Origin: a virus
Taxonomy: Duplodnaviria; Heunggongvirae; Uroviricota; Caudoviricetes
Virus record (IMG/VR): IMGVR_UViG_3300021963_000087
Coordinates: 1-64,000 of that record
DNA length: 64,000 nt
Reading direction: 5' to 3' (one strand)
Numbering within the stretch: the first letter of the stretch is position 1; each line of letters starts with the position of its first letter. The notes under the pieces were generated by a model. That model had not been told where the DNA came from, did not search any database, and was given only the letters and a program-made list of their open reading frames with translations. The translations under genes and the position numbers were made by a program. This document shows positions 38,321 to 48,507 of the stretch, one piece after another.

Positions 38321-38750
38321 AGATGAAATGATAATATGCCCTAAGTGTGGCTGTGATGGATGTTATAAGACTCCAATCAACGAAACCTTATCAAACTACT
38401 TCTGTTGGGGATGTGGTTATCAAACTAATGACTTAATGAAAGAAGGAGAGTTTGACTTTGAAAAGTTTGAAGAAGTATTGCCTGAACTATATAAAGATGT
38501 TAGATATACTGATGCTGAGAATAGAGTTTGGTATCCTGCTGTAGTTAATATAGAAGATAAAGGAACTGTGTTCTTGAATGGGAAGAGTGTTGACGAAGTT
38601 CAATGGGCAGGTATTAAAGTAATTAAATTAACAGACGAAGAAAAAGAACAACCTAAGTTTAAAGGTAAAGAGTATAAGTCAGATGCTAAATCTCTAAAAG
38701 AGTTTGGTAATGACTTTATTGAAGCCTGTGACTATATTGGAGTATTTTAA
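38313..38750 (+). CDS. zinc-ribbon protein
   Basis: CPKCGCDGC...CWGCG. Confidence 0.4.
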   Translation: MIKDEMIICPKCGCDGCYKTPINETLSNYFCWGCGYQTNDLMKEGEFDFEKFEEVLPELYKDVRYTDAENRVWYPAVVNIEDKGTVFLNGKSVDEVQWAGIKVIKLTDEEKEQPKFKGKEYKSDAKSLKEFGNDFIEACDYIGVF

Positions 38751-38753
38751 ACT

Positions 38754-39602
38754 ATGAATGCATTAGTAACAGGTGGTTGTGGCTTTATAGGTTATGCCTT
38801 ATCTAAAGAATTACTTCTGAGAGGTTGTAGTGTTGATGTTATAGATAACTTGTTTATAGGTAATGAAGCTAAGTTAGCAGAAGGAATAAATTTTTTAGGT
38901 GGTGATGTTAGAGCAATGGATAACATACCAAATAAACCATATGATTACATATTTCATTTAGCAGCATTAAGTAGAATACAACCATCGTTCAAAAACCCAG
39001 AGCTAACATTCAATCACAATGTAGATGGTACAAAGCAAGTTACAAAGTATGCATACCAAACCAAGTCTAAATTAATATACGCAGGCTCATCATCTCGACA
39101 TCACAATCCAGAAATATCACCTTACGCTGTGAGTAAGCATATGGGAGAAGAGTGGATAAAGATGTATAAAAATGTGTATGGATTAAATGCAGAGATAGTT
39201 AGATTCTATAATGTATACGGACCAGGTGAGTTAGTAGATTCTCATATGGCAGCTGTTATTGGTAAATGGAGAGCTCAAGCTAAAAAGAATTATCCAATTA
39301 CAATTATAGGTGACGGAAAGCAAAGAAGAGATTTTACTCACATAGACGACATTGTAGATGGTTTGATAAGAGTTGCCGAAAGTGATAAAGGACATGAGGA
39401 TGCATGGGAATTGGGTACAGGTAAAAACTATTCTATAAATGAGGTAGCCGATATGTTTAGAAAAAGGCTTGGTTGTGTGAAAGTTTATATGACTGACCAG
39501 AAAGGAAATTATAGAGAGACGTTGAGAATTAACAGTGATGCTGTTAATATATTAGGATGGCAACCAAAAGATAGATTAGAAGATTATATAAAAAGCTTAT
39601 GA
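38754..39602 (+). CDS. NAD-dependent sugar epimerase/dehydratase (SDR family)
   Basis: VTGGCGFIGYAL Rossmann motif and Y-x3-K (YAVSK). Confidence 0.75.
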   Translation: MNALVTGGCGFIGYALSKELLLRGCSVDVIDNLFIGNEAKLAEGINFLGGDVRAMDNIPNKPYDYIFHLAALSRIQPSFKNPELTFNHNVDGTKQVTKYAYQTKSKLIYAGSSSRHHNPEISPYAVSKHMGEEWIKMYKNVYGLNAEIVRFYNVYGPGELVDSHMAAVIGKWRAQAKKNYPITIIGDGKQRRDFTHIDDIVDGLIRVAESDKGHEDAWELGTGKNYSINEVADMFRKRLGCVKVYMTDQKGNYRETLRINSDAVNILGWQPKDRLEDYIKSL

Positions 39603-40216
39603 AAATTAGTTACGCAATTCCTGTCTGTAATGAAGACGAAGAGTTAGATAGATTACTAACTCAACTTATAGAACATAAACGTCACCAAGACGAAATCGTA
39701 GTACAGTGTGATGAAGGTAATACAACTTCTAAAGTTTATGCAGTATTAGATAAACACGATAAGTATATTAAAGTTGTACAATTTCCTCTCAAAGGGGACT
39801 TTGCATCTTTTAAGAACAACTTAAAGAAGAACTGTACTGGAGAATGGATCTTTCAAATAGATGCTGATGAGTATCTCGATGTAAGATTTTTAAAGCAAGT
39901 ACATGAAATTCTACAACAAAACCCTACAGTAGATCTATTCTTAGTTCCTAGAATCAATAAAGTAGAAGGTCTTACTGATGAACATGTTAAGAGATGGGGA
40001 TGGAGAGTAGATGATCATGGCTATGTAAACTTCCCAGACTACCAAACTAGAATACTACAAAACTCTCCTAAGATTAATTGGGTAAGCAAAGTACATGAAG
40101 TATTAACAGGACACAGCAACTACACAATGTTACCAGCTCAGGAAGAATATTGTTTAGTACATATTAAAAATATCGCACGTCAAGAAAGACAAAATAACTT
40201 TTATAATACATTATAA
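39599..40216 (+). CDS. glycosyltransferase family 2-like (small)
   Basis: SYAIPVCNEDEELDRLL and a DAD motif region. Confidence 0.45.
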   Translation: MKISYAIPVCNEDEELDRLLTQLIEHKRHQDEIVVQCDEGNTTSKVYAVLDKHDKYIKVVQFPLKGDFASFKNNLKKNCTGEWIFQIDADEYLDVRFLKQVHEILQQNPTVDLFLVPRINKVEGLTDEHVKRWGWRVDDHGYVNFPDYQTRILQNSPKINWVSKVHEVLTGHSNYTMLPAQEEYCLVHIKNIARQERQNNFYNTL

Positions 40217-41196
40217 TGAATAAGGTTGCATTAATAACAGGAATCAATGGACAAGATGGATCTTACTTAGCAGAATATTTGCTAGAGTTAGGATACCATG
40301 TTCACGGCATACTAAAACGTAATTCAGTAGCAGAGAATCAAACAGCTAGACTAGACAAAGTGTTTGGTCTTATTCACTTCCACTATGCTGATATGACAGA
40401 TCTTTCATCCTTGTACAGAGTAATAAACAAAGTACAGCCTGATGAGATCTATAACTTAGCTGCACAATCACACGTACGTATTTCTTTCGATCAACCAATC
40501 TATACAGCCAACACTACAGGGTTAGGAGTACTTAACTTATTAGAAGCTGTAAGAGAAATCAATCCTAGGATCAAAATATATCAAGCATCTTCTTCAGAGA
40601 TGTTTGGTAACTCTGTTGATCCAGATGGCTTCCAAAGAGAAACTACCCCAATGCATCCAGTATCTCCTTACGGATGTGCAAAAGTGTTTGGGTATAACAT
40701 TGCTAGGAACTATAGAAACTCCTATGGAATGTTTATCTCAAATGGTATCTTATTCAATCATGAATCAATTAGAAGAGGTACAAACTTCGTAACTAATAAA
40801 GTTGCTAAGGAAGTAGCTAAGATTAAACATGGTTACTCTGAGGAATTGTTGTTAGGTAACTTAGATGCTTCAAGAGATTGGGGTCATGCTAAAGACTTTG
40901 TTAAAGCAATGCACTTAATTCTACAACTAGATCAGCCAGATGACTTTGTTTGTGCTACAGGAATATCTCATACGGTAAGAGATTTATGTGATTATGCTTT
41001 CACCGAACTAGATTTAGATTATAAAAAGTATGTACATTTACACGAAAAATTTTTAAGACCAGAAGAACTCAACTTTCTAAAAGGAGATCCATCTAAGCTA
41101 ATGGCTATGACAGGATGGAAGCCTGAGTATACTTTTGAAAGTATGATAACAGAAATGGTTGAGTATTGGGATCGTTTATATAGAAAAGTATATTAA
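40216..41196 (+). CDS. gmd: GDP-mannose 4,6-dehydratase
   Basis: KVALITGINGQDGSYLAEYLLELGYHVHGI...YNLAAQSHV...YQASSSEMFG, near-colinear with E. coli Gmd. Confidence 0.93.
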   Translation: MNKVALITGINGQDGSYLAEYLLELGYHVHGILKRNSVAENQTARLDKVFGLIHFHYADMTDLSSLYRVINKVQPDEIYNLAAQSHVRISFDQPIYTANTTGLGVLNLLEAVREINPRIKIYQASSSEMFGNSVDPDGFQRETTPMHPVSPYGCAKVFGYNIARNYRNSYGMFISNGILFNHESIRRGTNFVTNKVAKEVAKIKHGYSEELLLGNLDASRDWGHAKDFVKAMHLILQLDQPDDFVCATGISHTVRDLCDYAFTELDLDYKKYVHLHEKFLRPEELNFLKGDPSKLMAMTGWKPEYTFESMITEMVEYWDRLYRKVY

Positions 41197-41197
41197 T

Positions 41198-42094
41198 ATG
41201 AAAGTAGTAGTAACAGGCGGAACAGGATTAGTAGGAACTTACCTACAAGAATACCTCGATGGAGTTTATGTAAACTCTTCACACTACGACCTAACTTTTG
41301 AAGGTGATGTAGCAGATCTATACAATGATCATAAGCCGGATGTAGTTATTCACTTAGCTGCTAAGGTAGGAGGTATTGTGGATAACATCGAACATCCCTT
41401 TGAGTACTATGAACAAAACCTCTTAATGAATACTTACATGGTTAAGTATGCAAGAGAGTTCAAAGTTGAGAAATTCATAGGTGTATTATCTTCTTGCATC
41501 TTCCCAGACGTAGTTGATCACTATCCTATGGTAGAAGAAGATATGCATAAGGATTTACCCAATGCAAATAACTTTGGATATGGATATGCTAAAAGAGTTA
41601 TGGGTTGCCATATTGACATAGCTAGAAAGCAAGGTTTAAACTTCTCCTACATTACTCCTTCCAACTTGTATGGTGAATATGAACATGGAGATGTAAGCAG
41701 AAAGCATTTTGTTGGAGCATTACTTGAGAAGATCCATACTGCAAAGGTAAATGGAGATGATCATATAACTTTATTTGGTGATGGAACTCCTCTAAGACAG
41801 TTTACATTTGCAAGAGATGTAGCAGAGATTCTTAAAAGGATTGTTAAATGTGATATAAAAGAGAACTTAAACATAAGTACTCCCAGCAACATGACCATAG
41901 ATTTTATGGCTAGAGAAGCTTTAGAAGCTTTAGGTATGCAAGATATTAGAATTCTTTACGATATGTCTAAACCTAATGGTCAATATAGAAAAGATATAGA
42001 TACAACTAAATTTAAAAACATATTTCCTAACTACGAATTTACTTCGTATGTTGAGGGTATAAAACAAACCTACAATACACTATATGGAAAGTAA
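41198..42094 (+). CDS. GDP-L-fucose synthase-like (Fcl/ColC family 3,5-epimerase-4-reductase)
   Basis: Start set at MKVVVTGGTGLVG after the gmd stop. HLAAKVGGIV, SSCIFPD and YGYAK match Fcl. Confidence 0.8.
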   Translation: MKVVVTGGTGLVGTYLQEYLDGVYVNSSHYDLTFEGDVADLYNDHKPDVVIHLAAKVGGIVDNIEHPFEYYEQNLLMNTYMVKYAREFKVEKFIGVLSSCIFPDVVDHYPMVEEDMHKDLPNANNFGYGYAKRVMGCHIDIARKQGLNFSYITPSNLYGEYEHGDVSRKHFVGALLEKIHTAKVNGDDHITLFGDGTPLRQFTFARDVAEILKRIVKCDIKENLNISTPSNMTIDFMAREALEALGMQDIRILYDMSKPNGQYRKDIDTTKFKNIFPNYEFTSYVEGIKQTYNTLYGK

Positions 42095-43424
42095 GAAGCA
42101 AGCCATCTTAGACTTGGTGGCAGAGTACATTAAAGAAAAGAAAGCAAACAAGACATGGACAGCAGGTAAAGATTGGGTTCAATACTCAGGTCCTTGGTTT
42201 AATCAAGATGAATTTACAGCAGGCGTCAGTACTTTGCTCGACGAGTGGTTTATCTTAGGACAGAAAGGTAGAGACTTTGAACATAAGTTCGCTCCATTGA
42301 TCGGAAAGAAAGATGGTATTGTAGTTAACTCAGGTAGTTCTGCAAACCTATTAATGGTTTCTTTATTGAGAACTAAGAGAGGTGGGAACCTACCAATAGG
42401 TTCTAAGTTCATTACTCCAGTAGTTTGTTTCCCAACTACAATCAATCCTTTGATTCAGAATGGATTCAAGCCAGTTTTTGTAGATGTAACATTACCTAAC
42501 TTGAATTTAGACTTGGATCAAGTAGAAGCTGTTTTAGAAGCTGATACAGCGAAGGAGATTAAAGGATTAATATTTGCTCACGTATTAGGTAATCCTCCTG
42601 ATATGGACAGAATAATGGCTATTGTGAAGAAGTATGACTTGATCTTCTTGGAAGATACTTGTGATGCTTTAGGTTCAACTTGGGATGGTAAGCCATTAGG
42701 ATCTTTCGGAGACATTTCAACTTGTTCATTCTTCCCAGCTCACCACATGACAATGGGTGAAGGTGGATTCGTAGCAGTTAATTCAGCTAAGAAGAGAATG
42801 GCTTTAGCTTCATTGAGAGATTGGGGTCGTGCTTGTTATTGTAATTCTACTAAGCCAGGTAACGTAACAGAAGGTACAGCTTGTGGATGTAGATTTGGAG
42901 ATTGGTTTAAAGGTCAACCAGATATTATCTTTGATCACAGATATGTGTTTGAAGAGATTGGTTATAACTTAAAGCCAACAGAAATGCAAGCAGCTATGGG
43001 ATTAGCTCAATTAGATAAGTTAGATGAGATGCATGCTAGAAGAAAGCACAACTTCAAAAGATTGTACGACATCTTTAGTCAGTATCCTGATTTCTTCTAT
43101 TTACCTGAAATGCATGAGAAAGCTGATGCATCTTGGTTTGGTTACTTAGTAACATTGAAAGATGGTTTACATTTCACTAAGAGTCAAATGGTAGATGCTA
43201 TGGAAGAAGCTAAGATCCAAACTAGATCTTACTTCACAGGTAATGCTTTATTCCACCCAGCTTATGAAGAGTTAGCTGCAGAGTATGAAAACCCAAGAGA
43301 GCAATTCCCTATAGCAACTAAGACTACTTTAGATACATTCTTCCTAGGAGTATACCCTGGAATCACAGATGCACAGTTGGATTATATTGAGCAAGTAGTT
43401 CATGACTTTTTAAAGAATATCTAA
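42084..43424 (+). CDS. DegT/ColD-like PLP enzyme; probable GDP-4-keto-6-deoxy-D-mannose 3-dehydratase
   Basis: DegT fold. Active-site motif SFFPAHHMTMGEGG has His where aminotransferases have Lys, which is the ColD hallmark. Confidence 0.6.
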   Translation: MESKKQAILDLVAEYIKEKKANKTWTAGKDWVQYSGPWFNQDEFTAGVSTLLDEWFILGQKGRDFEHKFAPLIGKKDGIVVNSGSSANLLMVSLLRTKRGGNLPIGSKFITPVVCFPTTINPLIQNGFKPVFVDVTLPNLNLDLDQVEAVLEADTAKEIKGLIFAHVLGNPPDMDRIMAIVKKYDLIFLEDTCDALGSTWDGKPLGSFGDISTCSFFPAHHMTMGEGGFVAVNSAKKRMALASLRDWGRACYCNSTKPGNVTEGTACGCRFGDWFKGQPDIIFDHRYVFEEIGYNLKPTEMQAAMGLAQLDKLDEMHARRKHNFKRLYDIFSQYPDFFYLPEMHEKADASWFGYLVTLKDGLHFTKSQMVDAMEEAKIQTRSYFTGNALFHPAYEELAAEYENPREQFPIATKTTLDTFFLGVYPGITDAQLDYIEQVVHDFLKNI

Positions 43425-44260
43425 TGCAAACTTATATAACATACGGAAGAATAACAGAAGCAGCTGATTTAGGATCTCAAGTACAGCAGTATGCATCTTT
43501 GTATGCTATTGCTAAGTACACTGGAAAACAAATAGTATTTCCTGAATCATGTTTACATAAAGGTTGGGGAATGAAGTTTAGTAAACTATTAGACATTCCT
43601 GTTAGGATAGAACCAGATGAGTTCTTTAAAGACTTTCAGTGGGTACGTCCTGAGGATGGCTTACTACCTGACTCCAAAGTATTTCAATTAGAAGGTGATA
43701 AGAGTTACGATATTGTAAACCTTATGCATACACATCACTATTGGAATCCTGAGGATAAAGAGGATGTCTATGGATGGAAATGGAATCCAGAATACTTTCA
43801 GCAAGCATTAGAGAAGTATCAAGCATTAGCAGAACCTGGAAAAGAACTTGTATCTATTCACGTACGTCGTGGAGATTACTTAGCTCATGATCACTTCTGC
43901 AAACTAGACAATAGATACTATGAAGCAGCAATACAGAAGTTCCTTCCAGAGAAAGAAAAGTACCGCTTTATAGTATTCTCAAATGACATTCAGTGGTGTA
44001 AAGATAATTTGATTGAAGGAGAGAATGTAACTTTCTTAGATCAAGGAGTAGATTACGTTGATATGATGTTAATGAGTTTATGTCATCACAATATTATAGC
44101 AAATAGTTCATTTAGTTGGTGGGCTGCTTTTAGAAATAGGAACCCCAACAAGATAGTAATTTGTCCAAATAACTACATAAGAGAGACTAGCTCTTTTAAA
44201 TTCCTTAACGGAGCTTATTGTTTACCTGAGTGGGAAAGTATAGACAACGATCCATCATAA
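43424..44260 (+). CDS. GT11-family alpha-1,2-fucosyltransferase-like glycosyltransferase
   Basis: HVRRGDY motif. Confidence 0.7.
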   Translation: MQTYITYGRITEAADLGSQVQQYASLYAIAKYTGKQIVFPESCLHKGWGMKFSKLLDIPVRIEPDEFFKDFQWVRPEDGLLPDSKVFQLEGDKSYDIVNLMHTHHYWNPEDKEDVYGWKWNPEYFQQALEKYQALAEPGKELVSIHVRRGDYLAHDHFCKLDNRYYEAAIQKFLPEKEKYRFIVFSNDIQWCKDNLIEGENVTFLDQGVDYVDMMLMSLCHHNIIANSSFSWWAAFRNRNPNKIVICPNNYIRETSSFKFLNGAYCLPEWESIDNDPS

Positions 44261-44261
44261 T

Positions 44262-45251
44262 ATGAGAATAGCATTTTTAACTGAAATGGGTTTTACAGGA
44301 AAGGTTCCTGCTGATCATCCCAATATGCGAACAGAGTTTGCTTGGATGCATGCACTAGATGCAGACCATCATTCTATTACAAGTCATAAATGGGTAGAAG
44401 GCTACGATCACGTATTCATTATCTTTCCTAAAGGTCAGATCAACTATAGTACAATAGGAGTTAAGCTAGGTACCACACCTAATCCATACTCTCAATTACT
44501 TGCTAGTGACTGGTTAGATAGGATAAAAGCAAACAATAAGAAAGTATATTATGTACAGGAAGGTCCACATTGGATGTATACTGAACTAGAAGTAGCAGAT
44601 CAAATTCGCTTCTACAACATGCTTACAACTGTGGATGGCATATTCGCACATAATAACAACGACATGGTTTATTATGCAGGATTAGTGCCTAATACACCAA
44701 TCCATTTAATGCAGACCTTAATGATTGAAGATCTGATTAAAGATGTGGAATGGAAACCAGAAGAAAAAACTATTGTAGGAGGAAACTTTGCTAGGTGGTA
44801 TGGAGGCTTTGAAAGTTTTATCATAGCTCAAGAATTTGAAACTCCCATCTGGGGACAAACATCTCATGCTATGAGAGAACACGAAGGTTCCTTTGTGAAT
44901 CATTTACCTAGAGTACAATGGGTTGATTGGATGAAACAACTAAGTACTTTTAAGTATGCAGTTCATTTAATGCCTACAGTAGCTGCAGGTACCTTTGCTC
45001 TAAACTGTGCTTACTTTGGAATACCTTGTATAGGTAATCAAAGAGTTGATACACAAATTAATTGTCATTTACATTTATCAGTTGAAGTAGGTGATCTTAT
45101 GACAGCTAGAGAATATGCAAAGAGATTAAAGCACGACGAAGAATTTTATCAAAAATGTAGTACAGAAGCTAAAGAAGCTTACCATACTTATTTTGGAGTA
45201 GATAAGTGGAAAGAGAAAATGTTTGTAAAACTAGAAGCACTTGGAAAATAA
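44262..45251 (+). CDS. hypothetical protein (possible glycosyltransferase)
   Basis: Lies within the glycan locus; no clear motif. Confidence 0.4.
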   Translation: MRIAFLTEMGFTGKVPADHPNMRTEFAWMHALDADHHSITSHKWVEGYDHVFIIFPKGQINYSTIGVKLGTTPNPYSQLLASDWLDRIKANNKKVYYVQEGPHWMYTELEVADQIRFYNMLTTVDGIFAHNNNDMVYYAGLVPNTPIHLMQTLMIEDLIKDVEWKPEEKTIVGGNFARWYGGFESFIIAQEFETPIWGQTSHAMREHEGSFVNHLPRVQWVDWMKQLSTFKYAVHLMPTVAAGTFALNCAYFGIPCIGNQRVDTQINCHLHLSVEVGDLMTAREYAKRLKHDEEFYQKCSTEAKEAYHTYFGVDKWKEKMFVKLEALGK

Positions 45252-46857
45252 ATTTTTAATAATAGTTCCATCTTTTAATAATGAAGAGTGGGTAGAAACT
45301 AATATAGCAAGTATACTAAATCAAACCTATACAAACTATAGAGTTGTTTATATAGATGATGCTTCAACTGACCAGACTCATAGCAAAGTCTTCGATATTG
45401 TAAATTCTCTACCAAACTGGGTAGTGTGGAAAAATAAAACCAACAAAGGAGCTGCTTTTAATTACATAGATTCTCTTAAATGGCTTTATCCTAAAGATAA
45501 TGAAATTATAGTTCACTTGGATGGAGATGATTGGTTTTACGATGAGAATGTTTTAGATAAATTAAACTACTACTATAGAAGAAATGATTGCTGGATGACT
45601 TATGGTCAGTTTGTTTGTTATGACGGAACTGGCTATCCCAGACCATCCTACCCTCAAGGAACAGCTTACTCAGACTACGTACACAAGTATAAGTTATACC
45701 GAAGAGATGATTGGAGAGCTAGCCATTTAAGAACTTATAGATATTTTTTATGGAAGGCTATAGATGTAGAAGATTTAAAATCACAGAAGGATGGAGAATA
45801 CTTTTGGCATGCAAGTGATCTAGCTTGGGCTTACCCAGCTTTAGAGATATGTCCTAAAGAAAAGATTGGTGTAGTAGATTTCTTTACTCACGTTTACAAT
45901 GCAACTCCTAAGAATCAAACAAGAACCAAAGAAAGAGAGTCAAGTAACAACTCTGAATTTGAACATGAAATAAGAAATAAGAAAGTGTATAGAGAAGGAT
46001 TAAACCAAGGTAAGTTACTTCAAGTTAATGTATATGGAGATTATTTAGAAAGACATACACATCCAACTTTGTTTAGCTATTGCTACAATAGAAGTTATGG
46101 AGAGTATGATATCTTCTATGTACAGGATGAGAGGATAATTGAGTTCATCTACGGAGTTATAGAAGCTCCTAAAGGAGTTAAGATTGTGGCTAGAGTTTGT
46201 GAGAATAGAAACTTTTTCAATCAACAAACAGTTGTGGATGCTGTATTAGCTTTTCCAAATAGATTCGATTTGATCTTAACTTGGGATGAGGAAATATTAA
46301 AGTTACCCAATGCAGTTTTCTGTCCACTAACAGAGACAACTCAATTCAATACCTTACCTAATGAATTACCTGAAGACGCTTTTCAGATCTACGATAAGAG
46401 TAAATTAGTTTCTGCTATATCTTCTACGAAGTCCATGGTACCTGGACATACAACTAGACTACAGTTTATAGATTCTATTAAAGAAAAAGTAGAGTTATTT
46501 GGTAGAGGTATTAAAGAGATACCTTCCAAGCTAGATGGATTGAAAGACTACATGTTTAGTGTAGCTATTGAGAATGCAACGGATACAAATTACTTTACAG
46601 AAAAACTTACAGATTGTTTGGTAACAGGAACAATTCCAGTATATTATGGATGCCCTAATGTTGGAGACTTCTTTGATATGAATGGTATTATTACCTTCAG
46701 TAGCATAGAAGAGCTTCACCAAATATTAGATTCACTAACACCAGAATTATATCAATCTAAGTTGGAGAGTGTAAGAAAGAACTTTGAGTTAGCTTTTAAC
46801 TACCCAACAGATAACAATAGTATGTACAAATTATATTATAAGCAATATGAGCACTAA
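45241..46857 (+). CDS. bifunctional glycosyltransferase: N-terminal GT2, C-terminal GT10 (alpha-1,3-fucosyltransferase)-like
   Basis: N-terminus IIVPSFNNEEWV...YIDDASTD (GT2). C-terminus FSVAIENA...NYFTEKL resembles the FucT ENS...YxTEK motifs. Confidence 0.6.
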   Translation: MENKFLIIVPSFNNEEWVETNIASILNQTYTNYRVVYIDDASTDQTHSKVFDIVNSLPNWVVWKNKTNKGAAFNYIDSLKWLYPKDNEIIVHLDGDDWFYDENVLDKLNYYYRRNDCWMTYGQFVCYDGTGYPRPSYPQGTAYSDYVHKYKLYRRDDWRASHLRTYRYFLWKAIDVEDLKSQKDGEYFWHASDLAWAYPALEICPKEKIGVVDFFTHVYNATPKNQTRTKERESSNNSEFEHEIRNKKVYREGLNQGKLLQVNVYGDYLERHTHPTLFSYCYNRSYGEYDIFYVQDERIIEFIYGVIEAPKGVKIVARVCENRNFFNQQTVVDAVLAFPNRFDLILTWDEEILKLPNAVFCPLTETTQFNTLPNELPEDAFQIYDKSKLVSAISSTKSMVPGHTTRLQFIDSIKEKVELFGRGIKEIPSKLDGLKDYMFSVAIENATDTNYFTEKLTDCLVTGTIPVYYGCPNVGDFFDMNGIITFSSIEELHQILDSLTPELYQSKLESVRKNFELAFNYPTDNNSMYKLYYKQYEH

Positions 46858-47812
46858 GGTAGTTTACATAACAGGTTGTTTAGGTTTCATAGGTTCCTAT
46901 GTTACTAGAGCTTGTTTACACAAAGGATGGTATGTAAAAGGGGTAGATAAGATAACATACGCATCCAATAAGAACTTGTTAGAGGATTTCAATTCCTATG
47001 AGAAGTTTTCTTTTATTAAGTCAGACATAAATGATTTAAAGTTTTTGTATGAATGTGATTATGTAATTAACACAGCAGCAGAAACTCACGTAGGTAACTC
47101 AATAGCTAACAGTGATGAGTTTGTACATTCCAATATTGATGGAGTACATAACCTATTAGAGTTAATAAAGAACTACAGACAAGAGTCTTCCAAGAAACCA
47201 ATCTTCCTACACTTCAGTACAGATGAAGTATACGGAGATATTAACGAAGGAGCTCATACAGAAACAGATTTACTCAAGCCTTCTAATCCATATTCAGCTA
47301 CTAAAGCAGCAGCGGATATGTTAGTACTTGCTTGGGCTAGAACTTATAACCTACCCTATGTAATAGTTAGACCTACTAACAATTATGGTATTGGTCAGTA
47401 TGTAGAGAAGTTAATTCCAAAAGCTTGTAAGTACTTAAGTTTGGGAAAAAGGATTCCTTTACACAATAATGGTACCCCTATTAGAAACTGGTTACATGCT
47501 GATGACACAGCTAGAGCTGTTGTTCAGATTATTGAGTCAGGAGTAGAGAATGAGATCTATAACATAGCAGGTGGATTTGAGCAATCAAACTACGACACTG
47601 TTAAAAAGGTAATTGAAACGTATAGAGGGATTGAAATTCTAGACTTTAATATGAAGAACTATCTTGACTTAACATATTCTAGAGCAGGTCAAGATGTTAG
47701 ATATGCTTTAGATGATTCTAAGTTAAGAGGATTAGGTTGGGAACCAAAAGTAGTATTTGACGAACAATTGGAAGAAATTATAAATTATTACAAACATAAA
47801 TTTATCTGGTAA
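46847..47812 (+). CDS. NDP-sugar 4,6-dehydratase (RmlB-like)
   Basis: ITGCLGFIGS, GVDKITYASNKNLL and HFSTDEVYGD match RmlB. Confidence 0.85.
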   Translation: MSTKVVYITGCLGFIGSYVTRACLHKGWYVKGVDKITYASNKNLLEDFNSYEKFSFIKSDINDLKFLYECDYVINTAAETHVGNSIANSDEFVHSNIDGVHNLLELIKNYRQESSKKPIFLHFSTDEVYGDINEGAHTETDLLKPSNPYSATKAAADMLVLAWARTYNLPYVIVRPTNNYGIGQYVEKLIPKACKYLSLGKRIPLHNNGTPIRNWLHADDTARAVVQIIESGVENEIYNIAGGFEQSNYDTVKKVIETYRGIEILDFNMKNYLDLTYSRAGQDVRYALDDSKLRGLGWEPKVVFDEQLEEIINYYKHKFIW

Positions 47813-48507
47813 TGGGATTATTTAGAATACAACATTGTGATTTTGAAGAGAAGTTCACTTCTAAGGATTTTGATACAGCTCATACCAATGAGTGGGAAGA
47901 TGCTGGAAGACTTCAAGAAGAAGCTTGGCAGAAGAGATATGAGTATGAAGCTAATATTGTTAGTGTAGTTATTCAAGAAAATCCTCACATTAAAAACGTA
48001 TTAGAGATTGGTAGTGGTCCAGGAGTATTATCTCAAAAGATATTAGAGATGCACCCAGACTTAAACTATCATTTAGTAGATAAGCCATTTGCTAAGAAGT
48101 ACTTTGATGAGAATAAGTTTAAAGGAACTTTCTTTGTTAAGGATCTTTCTAGTAGTTTTGATACCCACGAACTCTTACCTAAGTATGATTTAGTAATAGC
48201 TAATGACTTTATTGAGCACGTATTTAATCCTCATATTATTGTTAGCACTATACACAGATTAACAAATCCAGATTCAGTATTCTTTATTAGTAATCCTAAT
48301 TGGAGAATGGCTCATCAATATGTCTACAGAGGTTTGTTTGACTTTGATAATTTTGTATATTTCTTATACACACACGCATTTCAATTAGAAGGCTTTTATG
48401 GATCACAATTAAAGACTCCTGCCTATCCAAGAATTAGTAGCGAGACTTTACTACCAGATGAGAACTTAACGGATTGGAATCACTATATGATATTTAAACA
48501 CAGATAA
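47812..48507 (+). CDS. class I SAM-dependent methyltransferase
   Basis: VLEIGSGPGVLS motif I. Confidence 0.6.
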   Translation: MGLFRIQHCDFEEKFTSKDFDTAHTNEWEDAGRLQEEAWQKRYEYEANIVSVVIQENPHIKNVLEIGSGPGVLSQKILEMHPDLNYHLVDKPFAKKYFDENKFKGTFFVKDLSSSFDTHELLPKYDLVIANDFIEHVFNPHIIVSTIHRLTNPDSVFFISNPNWRMAHQYVYRGLFDFDNFVYFLYTHAFQLEGFYGSQLKTPAYPRISSETLLPDENLTDWNHYMIFKHR

